Shown here: in pieces, positions 36,185 through 49,879 of the stretch
Position numbering within the stretch: position 1 is the stretch's first letter
Layout of the letters: each line of letters begins with the position of its first letter
NCBI RefSeq assembly: GCF_004010195.1
Contig: NC_057713.1
Span: 102,737,242-102,801,241 of the forward strand
Length of the DNA: 64,000 nt
Source: Chiloscyllium plagiosum
Lineage: Eukaryota
Direction: 5' to 3'
Translations under genes and position numbers: made by a program
Notes under the pieces: model-generated
What the model saw: the letters and a program-made list of their open reading frames with translations, nothing else
The model's database searches: none
Told to the model about the DNA's origin: nothing

Positions 36185-37055
36185 GTCATATAGTCATAGA
36201 GATGTACAGAACAGAATCAGACCCTTCGGTCCAACTACTCCATGTCGACCAGATAGCCTTCATCCTCTCCCTATAGCTCAAAATCTCCAACCCTGTCAAA
36301 TTTCTTGTAATATTTTCTGTACCCTTCTAAGTTTCATAACATCTTTCCAGTAGCAGGAAGACCAGAACTGAATGCAGTATTTCAAAAGTGGCCTAACCAA
36401 CAATCTGCAAAGCTGCAGCATGACTGCCCAACTCCTATACTCAATGCACTGACCAATAAGACAAGTATTCAAATGTCTTCTTCTCCACCCTGTCTATGTG
36501 CAAATCCACTTTCAAGGTACTGCAAACCTGCACTCCAAAGTTTCTTTGCTCAGCAACATTCCTCAGGACATTACCATTAAATATATAAGTCCAGCCCTGA
36601 TTTGCCTTACCAAAATGCAGTGTCTCACATTTATCTAAATTCAACTCCATCTGCCACTCCTTGATCCATTTGCCAATCTGATCAAGGTCCCATTGTACTC
36701 TGAGGTAACCTTGCTGTTCACTACATCTCCAATTTTGGTGTCATGTGCAAACTTCCTAACCATACATGTTATATTCACATTAAAATCATTTTTATAAATG
36801 ATAAAAAGTGTTGGACCCAGCACCAATCCTTGGCAGCCTGCTAGTCACAGGCCTACAGTCTGAAAAACAACCCTAAACAAACATGCTCTGTCCCCTACCA
36901 TCGAACCAAGTTTGTAATAACATGGCTAGTTCTCCCTGTGTTCCATATGTTCTAACTTTACTAATCAGTCTACTATGCAGAACTATGTTGAACGTATTAC
37001 TGAAGTCCATATCGACAACATCCACCACTCTGCCTTCATTAGTCTTCTTCATCAC
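36185..37055 (-). mobile_element. CR1 LINE fragment
   Basis: ORFs 36441-37055 are RT-like. Confidence 0.85.
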
Positions 37056-37229
37056 TTAGATTCACAGAATCATAGATATGTACAGCATGGAACCAGACTT
37101 TATGGTCCATCTCATATATGTTAAATCCAAAGGGGCAACCTTTTCACTGAGATGGTGGTGCATGTATGTCATGAGTTGCCAGAGGAAGTGGTAGAGGCTG
37201 GTACAATTACAGCATTTAAAAGGCATTTA

Positions 37230-37626
37230 CAGAGAAAGCGCGATTATTCCAAACAGATGGATGGGCACTATTGCGTTTGGATAGTTGATTATTCAGTTAA
37301 TTGATTTCCTCTGGGGCCTGGAGTTTTCTGTGAAGTCTGTTCTCCATTTGGGAGACTGGGCAGCAGCACATCGCGCGTGAGCCCCTGCCCCCTGCCCGCC
37401 CCCCCAACCCTGCCCCTGCCCGCCCACAACCTCATCCGCCCCCATCCCCAACCTGCCCCCAAACCCTCTCTGTGCCCACACCCACCCCCTGCCTGCCCCC
37501 AACACCGCGCTTCCCCCGTCTACCCACACCCACAGCTCTTTGACATGATTCTATCATGACCTTGAGATCCCCTTCGGATAATCCCATATTCGGATAATTA
37601 GTATTCGAATAATCGAGGTTCCTCTG
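37230..37626. mobile_element. Tc1/mariner (Tigger/pogo-like) MITE with TA target-site duplication, inserted in a CR1 3' fragment (37130-37770, +)
   Basis: TA|CAGAGAAAGCGCGATTATTCCAA ... TTCGAATAATCGAGGTTCCTCTG|TA terminal inverted repeats. Removing the MITE restores CR1 AGGCATT..GGGTATATGAATAGG. Confidence 0.8.
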
Positions 37627-38077
37627 TAGTTGGGTATATGAATAGGATGGGTTTAGAGAGATATGGGTCAAGTGCTGGCAAATTGCACGAGACTAGGTTA
37701 GGACATCTGGTTGGCATTGACGAGTTGGACTGAAGGGTCTGTTTCTGTGCTGAACATCTCAATAACTCTATGACATTCTGGGCTCCATCTTCTCTCTGCT
37801 ACCTTCCATTCAATCTAACCCTGCTACTGCATCCACTCCTGGTCCTCTCATATTGCATTCAATATCTTCCTTCATTCACTCTTAACTACCTCCATCATCT
37901 TCCCGTGTCCCCCCACATCCTCCGTCCCCCTCACCTGCTATACACATACATGCACTCTCGATTTTAGATGACCTCCATACTGCCTACTAATTCACTCAGG
38001 ATACCTCACTACTTTCCCCCGCAAACCAGTGCAAGCTACTTTCAACTCACACAATCCCTCCTTTTGCCTCATTCTCG

Positions 38078-38740
38078 GCAAAAATGACTCAGAAACAGAC
38101 AGAAAGAGCCAAGAGAAGTGATGGAGTACAAAACAAAATTATTAGAGAAACTCAGCAGATCAGATAGCATCTGCGGAGAGCAAGCAGAGTCAATGTTTCA
38201 GGTCCAGTGACCCTTCTTCAGTTCCACTTCATTCTCTGGCCTGTTCAATGTTTTTCCAGCATCTGCAGTTGTTTTCTTTTTACAGGTGATGGGATGCCTG
38301 ACTTCCATCTCTTCACCCCAAGAGGAGAGAATCCCAGCCTTTGCAAGAGACGACTCTTGTGGTGATGCTGAAATCTCCATGTTCCAGCAAATAAATGAGA
38401 TTCGCTGTCAACTGCTATGCTGTTCTCCTATTGTATTCATCCCATATACTCTTAATGTGCCTGAATCCCAATCCTTATCTGCAACTGATTTCCTCTTTTA
38501 TCTCCTGCAGGTTCCAGTGTCATCTGTACAATCTCTGCCCTCAAGAAAACAGCTCCACAAAGCATTATCTCCTTCTCTGCCTTTGAGGAAGAAGTCACAG
38601 ATGCCCCAGAGGATGCATTGGCATAGCCCTCTGCATCCTTCAGCAGTTCAGACTGATACCTTGGTGGTGATTAAAGCTATATTGGAAACAGGAGCACATG
38701 CTGGTGAACAAACATCATTGCATTATCTCTGCAGCTGATC
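38078..38740 (+). mobile_element. Probable PIF/Harbinger Myb/SANT-protein relic, split by a Penelope-type insert (38125-38285)
   Basis: AKMTQKQTERAK..(insert, GTGATGG duplicated)..TGDGMPDFHLFTP/EERI resembles the 'ER-KTGGG-P----LT--EE' motif. Confidence 0.4.
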
Positions 38741-39205
38741 AAGAAAGAAACACTCCATATTACTGGAAATCAGAGGATTGCCATTGTCCTGGTAGCTGCA
38801 AAACCTGGCCTTAGCACCAATAAAATGAAAGGTGTCAGTGCACTCCAAAGCACTACACTGAAGTGGAGAATTGCATTATAGGTGGATCAGAGGCTTGCCA
38901 CGATAATATAATGAGGTTGGTCTGTTCTAATGCCAATCTTCATGGCAAGGGGGCAAGTATGGGCACTTAATGCCCATGGATTTTAACCTGTGTTGTAGGT
39001 ACCTTCTAGCAAGATGGAGGCTCAGAAGGGTAAGCAGTGAATTGGATCCTCTAAGAACCTGCTCTTTCATGCCAGGAATTCTTGCTGTCTAGCTTCTGAC
39101 AAGTGGAAGAATAGGAAAGTGTAATCAATGAGGCAAGATTACTAATGGCATGCAAATAGGCCTCTTACTGCTTATGAGCAAATTTTCATCATGTCAATCA
39201 AAACT

Positions 39206-39515
39206 TAGATTCCCTACAGTGTGGAAACAGGCCTTTTGGCCCAAAACATCCACACCAACCCTTCAAAGAGTAACCCATCCAGGCCAATTTTCCTCTGACT
39301 AATGTACCTAATACTCTGGACAATTTTGAACGACCAATACACCTGACCTGCACATCTTTGGACTGTGGGAGGAAACCAGAGCACCCCGAGGAAACTCACA
39401 CAGACACGGGGAGAATGTGCAAACTCCACACAGACAGTTGCCCAAGGCCAGAATTGAACCTGGGTCCCTGGCGCTGTGAGGCAACAGTGCTAACCACTGA
39501 GCCACGATGCCTCCC
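39206..39515 (-). mobile_element. V-SINE (HE1-like)
   Basis: Reverse complement of the 25564 element. Confidence 0.9.
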
Positions 39516-40484
39516 CCAGTCACAGATTAGATTATTTTTCCTTTGACGTTGTGAATCTTACCATATTTTCTGAACTGACTTGACATTGCCATGTCCTTCA
39601 AAGGCTGGGAAGATACTGCTGTATATATTTATGTTTTCAATTTACTTACTGTGATGGTCAGTCACTGAACATATTCACAATGGGGTTGTTAATATACATT
39701 TAACCAAAGAACAAAACACTTATTTTTTTCACTACACAAGAATTTAATTGAAAAAAAGTTTTGTTACAAATATCAAGAATAAAGGCTCAATTCTTTTGCC
39801 CTCAACATTACAGGTACTGAAACTGCATTGAAGTGTCACTGCTTGCATTTTAAAGATTATTATTCAGAGAACATGTCTGTAGTTGGTTTCTGTCTGGCAA
39901 ATGTCTCTTCAGGAGACCCTTCAACAAACTAATGCATCACACATATTCCTTAACACAAGTTTTTAAAATTCCTCTTTTACAGCCTTCTGTTTCTTGAGCT
40001 TTCCCTTACCAACATTAATCAGGACATTTTTTCTATGAAATTACTTTAAAAATTATAATAGCCCCCTTGCTTTCAAACATCTGATTGCTCTAACAGAAAC
40101 TTGCACCCTTACTGTACTTCTGGATAGTTCTGCATTTCCAAAAGCAAAACTATTTCCATCACCTCATGTCCTAGGAATTTATTGCTAGGCAACAGTCCAG
40201 TTTTATCCCCCCTATTTTCTACTCTTATTTTTCTAATGCACTGAACTAATCACCTCACGGAACTTTCCTTTTTTTAAAAATTGCTCATCTAAATGCATGT
40301 AAACAAGTCTCCAGATATCTCAATATCACTCAAAGAACTCAAAAATGAAGCCAAAACCTTCTCTTATTCACCCACATAATATAAAAATACAGATTAAACT
40401 TAAAATTATACATCCACTTTAGAAATGAAGTTTCCAAATAAAAGTAGTATGAACATTTTTTAACAAATTCAAATTGTTAACTTA

Positions 40485-43400
40485 TAGAGTCATAGAGATG
40501 TACAGCATGGAAACAGACCCTTCAGTCCAACCCATCCATGCCGCCCAGATATCCCAACCCAATCTAATCCCATCTGCCAGCACCCGGCCCATATCCCTCC
40601 AAACCCTTCTTATTCGTATACACATCCAAATGCCGCTTAAATGTTGCAATTGTACCAGTTTCCACCACTTCCTCTGGCAGCTCATTCCATACACGTACCA
40701 CCCTCTGTGTGAAAACGTTGCATCTTAGGACTCTTTTATATCTTTCCCCTCTCACCCTGAACCAATGCCGTCTGGTTCTGGACTCGCCGATCCTAGGGAA
40801 AAGACTTTGCCTATTTACCCTATCCATGCTCCTCAATTTTGTAAACCTCTATAAGGTCACGCCTCAGCCTCCGACACTCCAGGGAAAACAGCCCCAGCAC
40901 ATTCAGCCTCTCCCTATAGCTCAAATCCTCCAACCCTGGCAACATCCTTGTAAATCTTGTCTGGACCCTTTCAAGTTTCACAACATCTTTCCAATAGGAA
41001 GGAGACCAGAATTGCACACAATATTCCAACAGTGGCCTAGACAATGTCCTGTACAGCTGCAACGTGACCTCCCAACTCCTGTACTCAATACTCTGACCAA
41101 TAAAGGAAAGCATACCAAATGCCTTCTTCACTATCCTACCTGCCTGCGACTCCACTTTCAAGGAGCTATGAACCTGCACTCCAAGGTCTCTTTGTTCAGC
41201 AACACTCCCTAGGACCTTACCATTAAATGTATAAGTCCTGCTACGATTTGTTTTCCTAAAATGCAGCATCTCACGTTTCTCTGAATTAAACTCCATCTGC
41301 CACTTGTCAGCCCATTGGCCCATCTGGTCAAGAAGCTGTTGTAATCTGAGGTAACCCTCTTCGCTGTCCACTACACCTCCAATTTTAGTGTCATCTGCAA
41401 GCTTACCAACCGGACCTCTTATGCTCACATCCAAATCATTTATGTAAATGACAAAAAGTAGAGGACGCAACACCAATACGTGTGGCACTCCACTGGTCAC
41501 AGGCCTCCAGTCTGAAAAATAACCCTCCATCACCACCCTCTGAATTCTACCTTTGAGCCAGTTCTGTATCCAAATGGCGAGTCCTCCTTGTATTCCGTGA
41601 GATCTAACCTTGCTAATCAGTCTCCCATGGGAAACCTTGTCGAACGCCTTACTTAAGTCGCTCTGCCCTCATCAATCCTCTTTGTTACTTCCTCAAAAAA
41701 CTCAATCAAGTTTGTGAGACATGATTTCCCACGCACAAAGCCATGTTGACTATCCCTAATCAGTCCTTGCCTTTCCAAATATACGTACATCCTGTCCCTC
41801 AGGATTCCCTTCAACAACCTGCCCACCACCAACGTCAGGCTCACTGGTCTATAGTTCCCTGGCTTGTCCTTACCACTCCTCTTAAACAGTGGCACCATGT
41901 TAGTCAACCTCTAGTCTGCTGGCATCTCACCTGTGACTATCAATGATACAAATATCTCAGCAAGAGGCCCAACAATCACTTCTCTAGCTTCCCACAGAGT
42001 TCTAGGGTACACCTGATCAGGTCCTGGGGTTTTATCCATCTTTACCCGTTTCAAGACATCCAGCACTTCCTTCTCTGTAATATGGACATTTTGCAAGGTG
42101 TCACCATCTATTTCCCTACAGTCTATCTTCCATGTCCTTTTCCACAGTAAATACGGATGCAAAATACTAATTTAGTATCTTCCCCCATCTTCCGCGGCTC
42201 CACACAAAGCCGTCTTGCTGATCTTTGAGGGGTCCTATTCTCTCCCTAGTTACCCTTTTGTCACTAACCTATTTGTAAAAATCCTTTGGATTCTCCTTAA
42301 CTCTATTTGCCAAATCTATCTCATGCCCCCTTTTTGCCCTCCTGATTTCCCTCTTAAGTATACTTCTACTTCGTTTATATTCTTCTAAGGATTCACTCGA
42401 TCTATCCTGTCTATACCTTACATGTGCTTCCTTCTTTTTCTTAATCAAACCCTCAATTTATTTAGTCATCCAGCATTCCCTATACCTACCCGCTTTTCTT
42501 TTCACCTTAACAGAAATATACTGCCTCTGGATTCTCGTTATATCATTTCTGAAGGCTTCGAATTTTCCAGCCGTCCCTTTACCTGCGAACATCTGCTCCC
42601 AATCAGCTTTCGAAAGTTCTTGCCTAATACCATCAAAATTGGCCTTCCTCCAATTTAGAACTTCAACTTTCACATCTGGTCTATCCCTTTCTATCATTAT
42701 TTTAAATCTAATAGAATTATGGTCACTGGCTCCAAAGTGCTCCCCCACTGTCACCTGCCCTGCCTTATTTCCCAAGAGTAGGTCATGTTTTGCACTTTCT
42801 CTAGTCGGTACATTACTCTCCATCTAAACCCTTAACACTATGGCAGTCCCAGTCTACGTTTACAAAATTAAAATCCCCTACCATAACCACCTTATTATTC
42901 TTACAAATAGCTGAGATCTCCTTGTAAATTTGTTTCTCAATTTCCCTCTGACTATTAGGGGGTCTATAATACAATCCCAATAAGGTGATCATCCCTTTCT
43001 TATTTCTCAATTCCACCCAAATAACTTCCCTGGATGTACTTTCGGGAATATCCTCCCTCAGCACAGCTGTAATGCTATCCCTTATCAAAAATGCCACTGC
43101 CCCTCCTCTCTTGCCTCCCTTTCTATCCTTTCTGGAACATTAAGCTGCCAATCCTGCCCATTCCTGAGCCATGTTTCTGTCCCCCACCTTACTAGTTTAA
43201 ATCCTCCTGAGCAGCTATAGCAAATTTCCCTGCCAGTATATTAGTCCCCTTCCAATTTAGGTGCAATCCGTCTTTCTTGTACAGGTCACTTCTACCTCAA
43301 AAGAGATTCCAATGATCCAAAATGTGAATCCTTCTCCCGTACACCAGCTCCTCATCCATGCATTCATCTGCTCTATCCTCCTATTCCTGCCTTCACTCGC

Positions 43401-43712
43401 TCATTGCTGCGTGAGTAATCCAGATATTACTACTCTCGAGGACCTCCTTTTTAAATTTCTGCCTAGCTCTCTGTAATCTCCCTTCAGAATCTCAACCATT
43501 TCCCTTCCAATGTTGTTGATTTCAATGTGGACAATGACCTCTTGCTGGCCCCTCTCCCCCATGAGAACATTCTGCACCCTCTCTGAGACATCCTTGATCC
43601 TGACACCAGGGAAGCAAAACACCATTCTGCTTTTTTGCTGCTGGCCACAGAAACTTCTGTCTGTACCTCGGACTGGAGAGTCCCCTAACACAATTGATCT
43701 CTTGGAACCTGA
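40485..43712 (-). mobile_element. Long CR1 LINE (ORF1 esterase + ORF2 endonuclease/RT + 3' end), degenerate
   Basis: ORF 43401-43715 (IVLGDSPVRGTDR..FPGVRIKDV, SGNH), 42813-43097 (APE), 40820-41907 (RT), tail at 40485. Confidence 0.93.
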
Positions 43713-43719
43713 CAAGTCT

Positions 43720-44795
43720 CAATACCAGAAGGGGAGGTTAGTGTGAAGGCCCTTGATATGAAATCCATATTTGACCGAACGTGACAAAGTGCTAGCAAAA
43801 CTGGAAATGAATGGGATTCAGGGGAAAACTCTCCATTTGCTGGAGTATTATCTGGCACATAGGAAGATGGTTGTGGTTGTTGAAGGTCAATCATCTCAGT
43901 GCCAGGACATCTGTGCAGGAGTTGCACGGGGAGTGTCATACACCGAACCATCTTCCATCTATCATAAGGTCAGAAGTACGAATGTTCATTGATGATTGCA
44001 CAGTGTTCAGAACCATTCATGACTCCTCAGATACTGAAGCAGTTCATTTGAAATGCAACAAGAAAAGAATATCAATGATTGATCTGAAAAGTAGCAAGTT
44101 AACATTCATGCCACACAAATACCAAGCAAAGACTATTACCAATAAGAGACAATGAGGGATGCGCAATAAATGCTGAATGGCCAGCCTCACCCACACACAC
44201 ACACCCCAAGAATTAACTTTAAAAATTGACCAATCAAGAGCATTGCCTTCACTGAATTCCAACCTTACCCTTTCCAAACAGCTCAGGAAACACTGTATAA
44301 ATAAAGTAGTTATAACATCAAACCAGAGACTAGGATTAATACAGTGAGTAATTCACCTCCTGACTCCTCAAACCTTGTCCACCATCTACAAACCACAAGT
44401 TACCAATGTGATGCGGAGTACTCTCAACTGCCTGAATGAGAGTAGCCAGCCAGGACACAGCAGTTAATTTTATTGGCACCACATCCACTCCCTCCACCAC
44501 AGACACTCAGTAGCAGCAGTGTGTGCTATCTATAAGATGCACTGCAGAAATTCGCCAAAGAGCATTACACAGCACCTTCCAAACACATGACCAATTCCAA
44601 TGGGAAGGATAATGGCAGCAGGTGCATGGCAACAGCAATACCGGCAAGTTTTCTTACAAACCAATCACAATCCTGACTTGGAAATACCTTGCTGTTCCTT
44701 CAGAGTCAGTGGGTAAAAATCCTGGAACTCCCTCCCTAAAGGCATTGTCAGTACGCGAGACTCTGTCAAGGCGGCAGCTCACCACCATCTTTTCT
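43720..44795 (+). mobile_element. Old CR1/L2-group LINE (same family as 3700-5035)
   Basis: SEVRMFIDDCTVF RT motif and the shared 3' region. Confidence 0.75.
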
Positions 44796-44799
44796 TTTA

Positions 44800-44986
44800 T
44801 AGAATAGAATCCGTACAGTTTGGAAACAGGCTCGTCAACCCAACAAGTCCACACCGACCCTCCGAAGAGTAACCCACCTAGACCATTTCCCTACCCTACA
44901 TTTACCCCTGACTAATGCACCTAACCTAGGCATTCCTGAACACTGTGGGCAATTTAGCATGGCCAATCCACCTAAACTGCACATCT
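44800..44986 (-). mobile_element. V-SINE 3' half
   Basis: CAACAAGTCCACACCGACCCTCCGAAGAGTAACCCACC...GCACATCTTT. Confidence 0.85.
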
Positions 44987-45653
44987 TTTCAACTACAATT
45001 AGGAGCTGGCAATAAACGCTAGTCCAGCCAGCAACACCTATGTTCCACGAGGGAATAAAAGAAAGGGAAAACAGTTTCAAGCCTATCAGCAAAGGAACAG
45101 TCAGCTAACTAAACTTGGAACACTTGAAATCAATGAGGTAACAAATTTTCACAAATCACAAGACTTTTAGGAAAGAGCCCCTTCAGCTTTTCGTAATTGG
45201 ACATGGGACCTCCAGCTTCAGGCTATGGGGTAGCTATCAGATAAGGAAAAACATGGCAGACACTTTTGTAAAGAACATTGCATCAATTACTAAATTTCAA
45301 TCCAAGATCAAGATCTGGGAAGCAGTAAGAGGGCATAGTAAAATGTGAAAGAAACAAATTAGCCGTGACTTGATTAATCTCAAAGATGTATTTCGGGTGA
45401 TGGTTTTTTGTGGGTCATTGATTTTGAAGCTTTTGCTCCTGTGTTTCCTTTTGCCAGTACTGTGACATCGAGAAAATCAATCATTTCCACGTGTACCCTG
45501 GCTTCATGTTTAATTGGAGTCAAGAACTGTCAGGTACATCAAAATTGCCGTCACTAAGATGAAAATCAGGTGTCATGAGATAAGTTGGATAGACTGTAGC
45601 CTGCATAACATGGCTTTGCAATATAATCAACAGGCATCAGGCTTATCTACTAA

Positions 45654-45758
45654 CTAGAAGTTCTCGGACCCTCCCACCGCCACCAGGCAGTATGTGTTGG
45701 TGAGTTTGATGAAGCAGCTGACCTCATCGTTGTTCTCGAAAGATGCTCTGACCGCCAT
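45654..45758 (-). pseudogene. EIF6: EIF6 N-terminal fragment (34 codons, then TAG)
   Basis: Minus strand: [34 protein letters not shown], versus human eIF6 [36 protein letters not shown]. No further EIF6 sequence was found. Confidence 0.9.
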
Positions 45759-46073
45759 CACCCGAGGTCAAGGGTCACACTAAAAAACACATTATTTTGA
45801 AAGATGCATTCATATACTATTCTGTATAACAACACTGATGTGATTAACAGTTGAACTTTGAAACTTAGAGCTCTTCATCAAAACTGGATGTAGGGTTGTT
45901 AAATGCTTTGCAGAAACAGGTTTTAAATGTCTCTGATAGATCATTTAATACTAACAATCCTGTCTCTGGGTGATTTGACCTCTCCCGACCACTAGGCCTG
46001 TTCTGAACTGAATGAAAAAAAAAGTATTAATGAGGTTACCATAATGCATGTAGCAATTCCACAAACATAAACA

Positions 46074-46425
46074 GGGAGGCAAAGGCTGAATGGTATTATT
46101 GCTGAATTGTTAATCTAGAAACTCAGGTGATATTCTGGGTTCAAATCCAATACAGCAGATAATGAAATTTGATTTTTTTTTAAATTCTGAAATTAGGAGT
46201 CCAATGACTACCATGAATAAGTTGTTGATTGTCTGATAAATCTATGTGGTTCACTAATGCCCTTTACAGAATGAAACTGCCACCCTTACCCTAGTGTGGC
46301 CTACATATGCCTCCAGACCCACAGCAATGTGGTTGACTCTTAACTGTTCTCTGGGCAATTAGAGATGGGCAATAAATGCTGATCTAGCTAGAGTTGCCCT
46401 CATTCTGTGAATGAATATAAAAAAA
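46074..46425 (+). mobile_element. tRNA-derived SINE, second family
   Basis: GGTTCAAATCC B-box, TGGTTCACTAATGCCCTTTA core, and a tail shared with the LINE at 3700-5035. Confidence 0.8.
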
Positions 46426-49400
46426 TTAAGAAGTTCAAAATAATTAGGTTATTAGAAATTGAAACAATAAAATTATTTGATGGGTTTAAAACACATGACT
46501 TTGTCAGGACAGTAAAATCAATAGATTAAAACAAGGTGATAAAAAGGCAGAGAATGGATCACAAATCAGTGAGCAACAAAAGACACTTTTCTACTAATTC
46601 CATTGATCCATTTACTTTTATTGCAAATGATTTAATGTATAAATTGATCCATTTATTTCAGTCTAATAAAACAAGGCATGACTTGAAGGTTACAGACATA
46701 ATATAACATGCACCAGCATAAAGGCAGGAGCTGAATTGATTCTGCTACCTCAGTTTGCATTTGTATATTCCTTTCATCTCTTAATGATCTCCTGTGTTGA
46801 ATGTCAGTAGTTTGAATACATAGAGCTCAAAATGCCCGGTGTAAAGTTTGGTCAGGGAGGTTGATGTGAATGCATTGCTGCAACAGTCTATTTCAGCAAC
46901 ACATAGTCTTGCTCCCATATAGAGTTGCGTTTTTAAAAGGCAGTCACATTCGACCTTGTAAAGCCAAGTGACAGGAAACCCCAGAAGAATCACTAATGAT
47001 GGAAGAGACATAAGTGGAGTAGAATGAAGGGCAACATTTGGAATATCAGTCCTGAGAGGGAAATTGAATCTTAAGTAAAATCTGAATACAAATCAATCCG
47101 TGACTGCAGACATAAAAGGGATGCATGATGTTTATACAAGATGAACATCGAATTATTTAAGGAATTTATATATGGAGTCTGCTCTTAATAATTCAGCGTT
47201 GCTTTATATACTAAAGCATTTTTTTTCCAATAATTTTAAGTAAGTAGTGCAAATAAAGAACTAAAACAGTTATTGGAATTTTAATTAAGACCAGACTTCA
47301 TTTGTCTAAGTTCTGGATGAAGTTTATCACCTGCTTTGAGTTGCATTCAGAAGCAACCCAACTCTAAGACACCGAGCTGAATAAGATGCAAGTCACAGGT
47401 CTCAGGTACATGCAGTAAGCAATTATAATCATCTCAGTGTGACAACTGATTTCTTTATATCACAACATTAGCTACTTTTACTGAAAATTAGTTATTTTCA
47501 TAGCACCCTGGGGTTTTACATATCTATTTATATAAAGTATGCTGGAGATCTTCTATCAAACACATTAAAGCAGTTGATTAAATCCAAATTATGTACATAT
47601 CTATTTCAAGCCAATTTAGGCTATTATAATATTTTCTCAAATGGTAGGAGGGTGGGTCTGGGTGAGATACTCCTCAGAAGGTCGATGTGGTCTGGATGGG
47701 CTGAATGGTAGAGATTCTATGATCTGGGATCTTCTAAAGCTGGTTAGATATTATATTTGAATATCTTCATGCCCAGATATTTAGTCTCGGCGGAGGGGGA
47801 GTTGAAGGTATAAACTATGTGCAACTAAAAGAAGAAGACATGATTGTCTATTGATAGGTGTGTTATCAATGAAATATCACTGGTGTTTATAAGTAAAGGA
47901 AAATGATATATACCTTTAGAACATGCTTATGCTAAGTGAGATTCATCTTCCTTCAACTGTAGAGGTGGGTCTAATTGATTCCAGATCAAAAATTCACCCA
48001 CAACCCACCTGGTGGCTCAAGAAATATTAATCTTCACTTCATTTTGCCTGCAAGAGGTGAGAGGCTTTGGAAGGGTTAATGAACAGGTAAAGACATTTGT
48101 CAGCAAAGAAAGTTCTTATAGGATAGGGAAATGAGGCGGGGACAGCCTTCCTACATGCCCAGGGTCAGTTTGTCTTAATCAAATAAGCCACTTTGTTGCA
48201 TGAAAGCCTGAAAATAAAACAATATCATTTACGCACAAGCTGGGGAGAAGGTCATCCACAGCTGGAGCATGCCAGGAGGATTTTTTAAATGAATGTATTA
48301 ATACCTCATTGTACATATTTAATATTTACATAGTTCTTTAGGTAATCAAAATTGATTATAATGATTAATTGCATTAAATTATAAATCTACTGTCATTATT
48401 AGAAAGAAATGTATTTAAAACATAAGGGTGCACATATTAAAGGACTGGAATATCTGCATTAATGCTTCTCATCCAACAGCACGTGCCAGATCATAAGAGC
48501 TTGCAGTGTGAAGGGCGTATTAAAATGGGAAGATGTTGTTTAACATATTCCAACAGTCATTCACAACAGAAATTGCATCCTGCCACCTGCACTGAACTTT
48601 GGGATGTTCTGCATTCGCCAAGTAGTTAATGGCAGAAGAAAACCATCCCTTAACTTTTTGCAAAATATTTTGTTTGGTTTTATTATCAAAGACGAAATGA
48701 ACAATTTCACCTAATTTATATCTAGTTTCAGCTAAATAAAAATGATTTTTAAAAATTTCCTTCAATAAACTTGTATCACAGAAAGTAACAACTGCAAGTT
48801 ATGATGTGCATCAATACTTCAGAATATTATCACAGCACAGTCAGTCATCTGCAAACTTGTGCAATTCTCTCTCCACGTATGTTAAATACACCCCTTTGCA
48901 AGTAAGGCATAAATCTATAAAAATCGAATGTTCAGGAACACTTCATAATTTATAACGGTTTGTTGTATTTGGCCTATTTCATTTAAAATAATGAAAGACC
49001 TAACCAAAATAATATAGAATTTTAGTGCAACATAATGCTTAAAGTGAAAAGTACTGATCACATCAGTCAGGTAAATGAATCGCACTCGTTGATGATTTTC
49101 AAATGTTATTACAGTAGAATTACTAAGTGCTGAAAATGACTGGATTGGAGCCTAAAATGAGCTATTTTGACAAATGTGCAGCAGCTGATTCTGGAACTGA
49201 AATTAGTTCAGTGATGACAGGATCCTGAAGCCACTTCAGAGCTGGCATAAGGCAGTAAAGTGATAAACTTCCAACAGCTGAGGGCTCTGGAGCTGAATCA
49301 CAGATTTCCCACTGCCAGTTATATCATGTTCTTCCCCAAAAGGAATTTGAGTATTGGGGAAATTCCGCAGCTCAGCATCTCTCAGAAACGTTTCCATCAT

Positions 49401-49879
49401 CCCTTTCAGCCTGAGCTGTGTCCACCTAGTGAATGCTGAGGGTGAAGTGGAGAGAAAATAAGTCAAGTTCCTTGCAATAAATATCTACACAGCTGAAAAC
49501 ATGGATGAATAACCAATGATCTAATCAGTCAAAAGTGCATGGGTGATATTTGTACTTAAATTTGGATATAAAAGCAAAGAGTAAGACAATTTTAGCTGTC
49601 ATAGGAACGTTTGCTAAATACATACTGATGAGATTACAATTTAATTATAAGTAATAGCAACATAGTAGAAAGCAAAATATTGTAAGGGATGGAAACCTGA
49701 AATAAATGCAGAAATACTCAGTAGATTAGGCAGCATTTGTGGGGTTAACATTTCAGGTCTATGACCTTTCATAAGAACTGAAGAAAAAGAATTACAACAG
49801 ACATCAGTAAATAGTGAAATACAATAGACATGGGGGTGATATTGTGGGAAGAGAGTTGCATTCAAGAAGAACAAGGATC

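Noticed and set aside
45765-45777. DR1 nuclear-receptor element AGGTCA-A-GGGTCA
   Set aside because: It lies in the leader of the EIF6 fragment and was probably imported with it. No independent evidence of function.
49236-49466. 76-aa ORF in unique sequence
   Set aside because: No recognisable domain, non-ATG start, and a length expected by chance.
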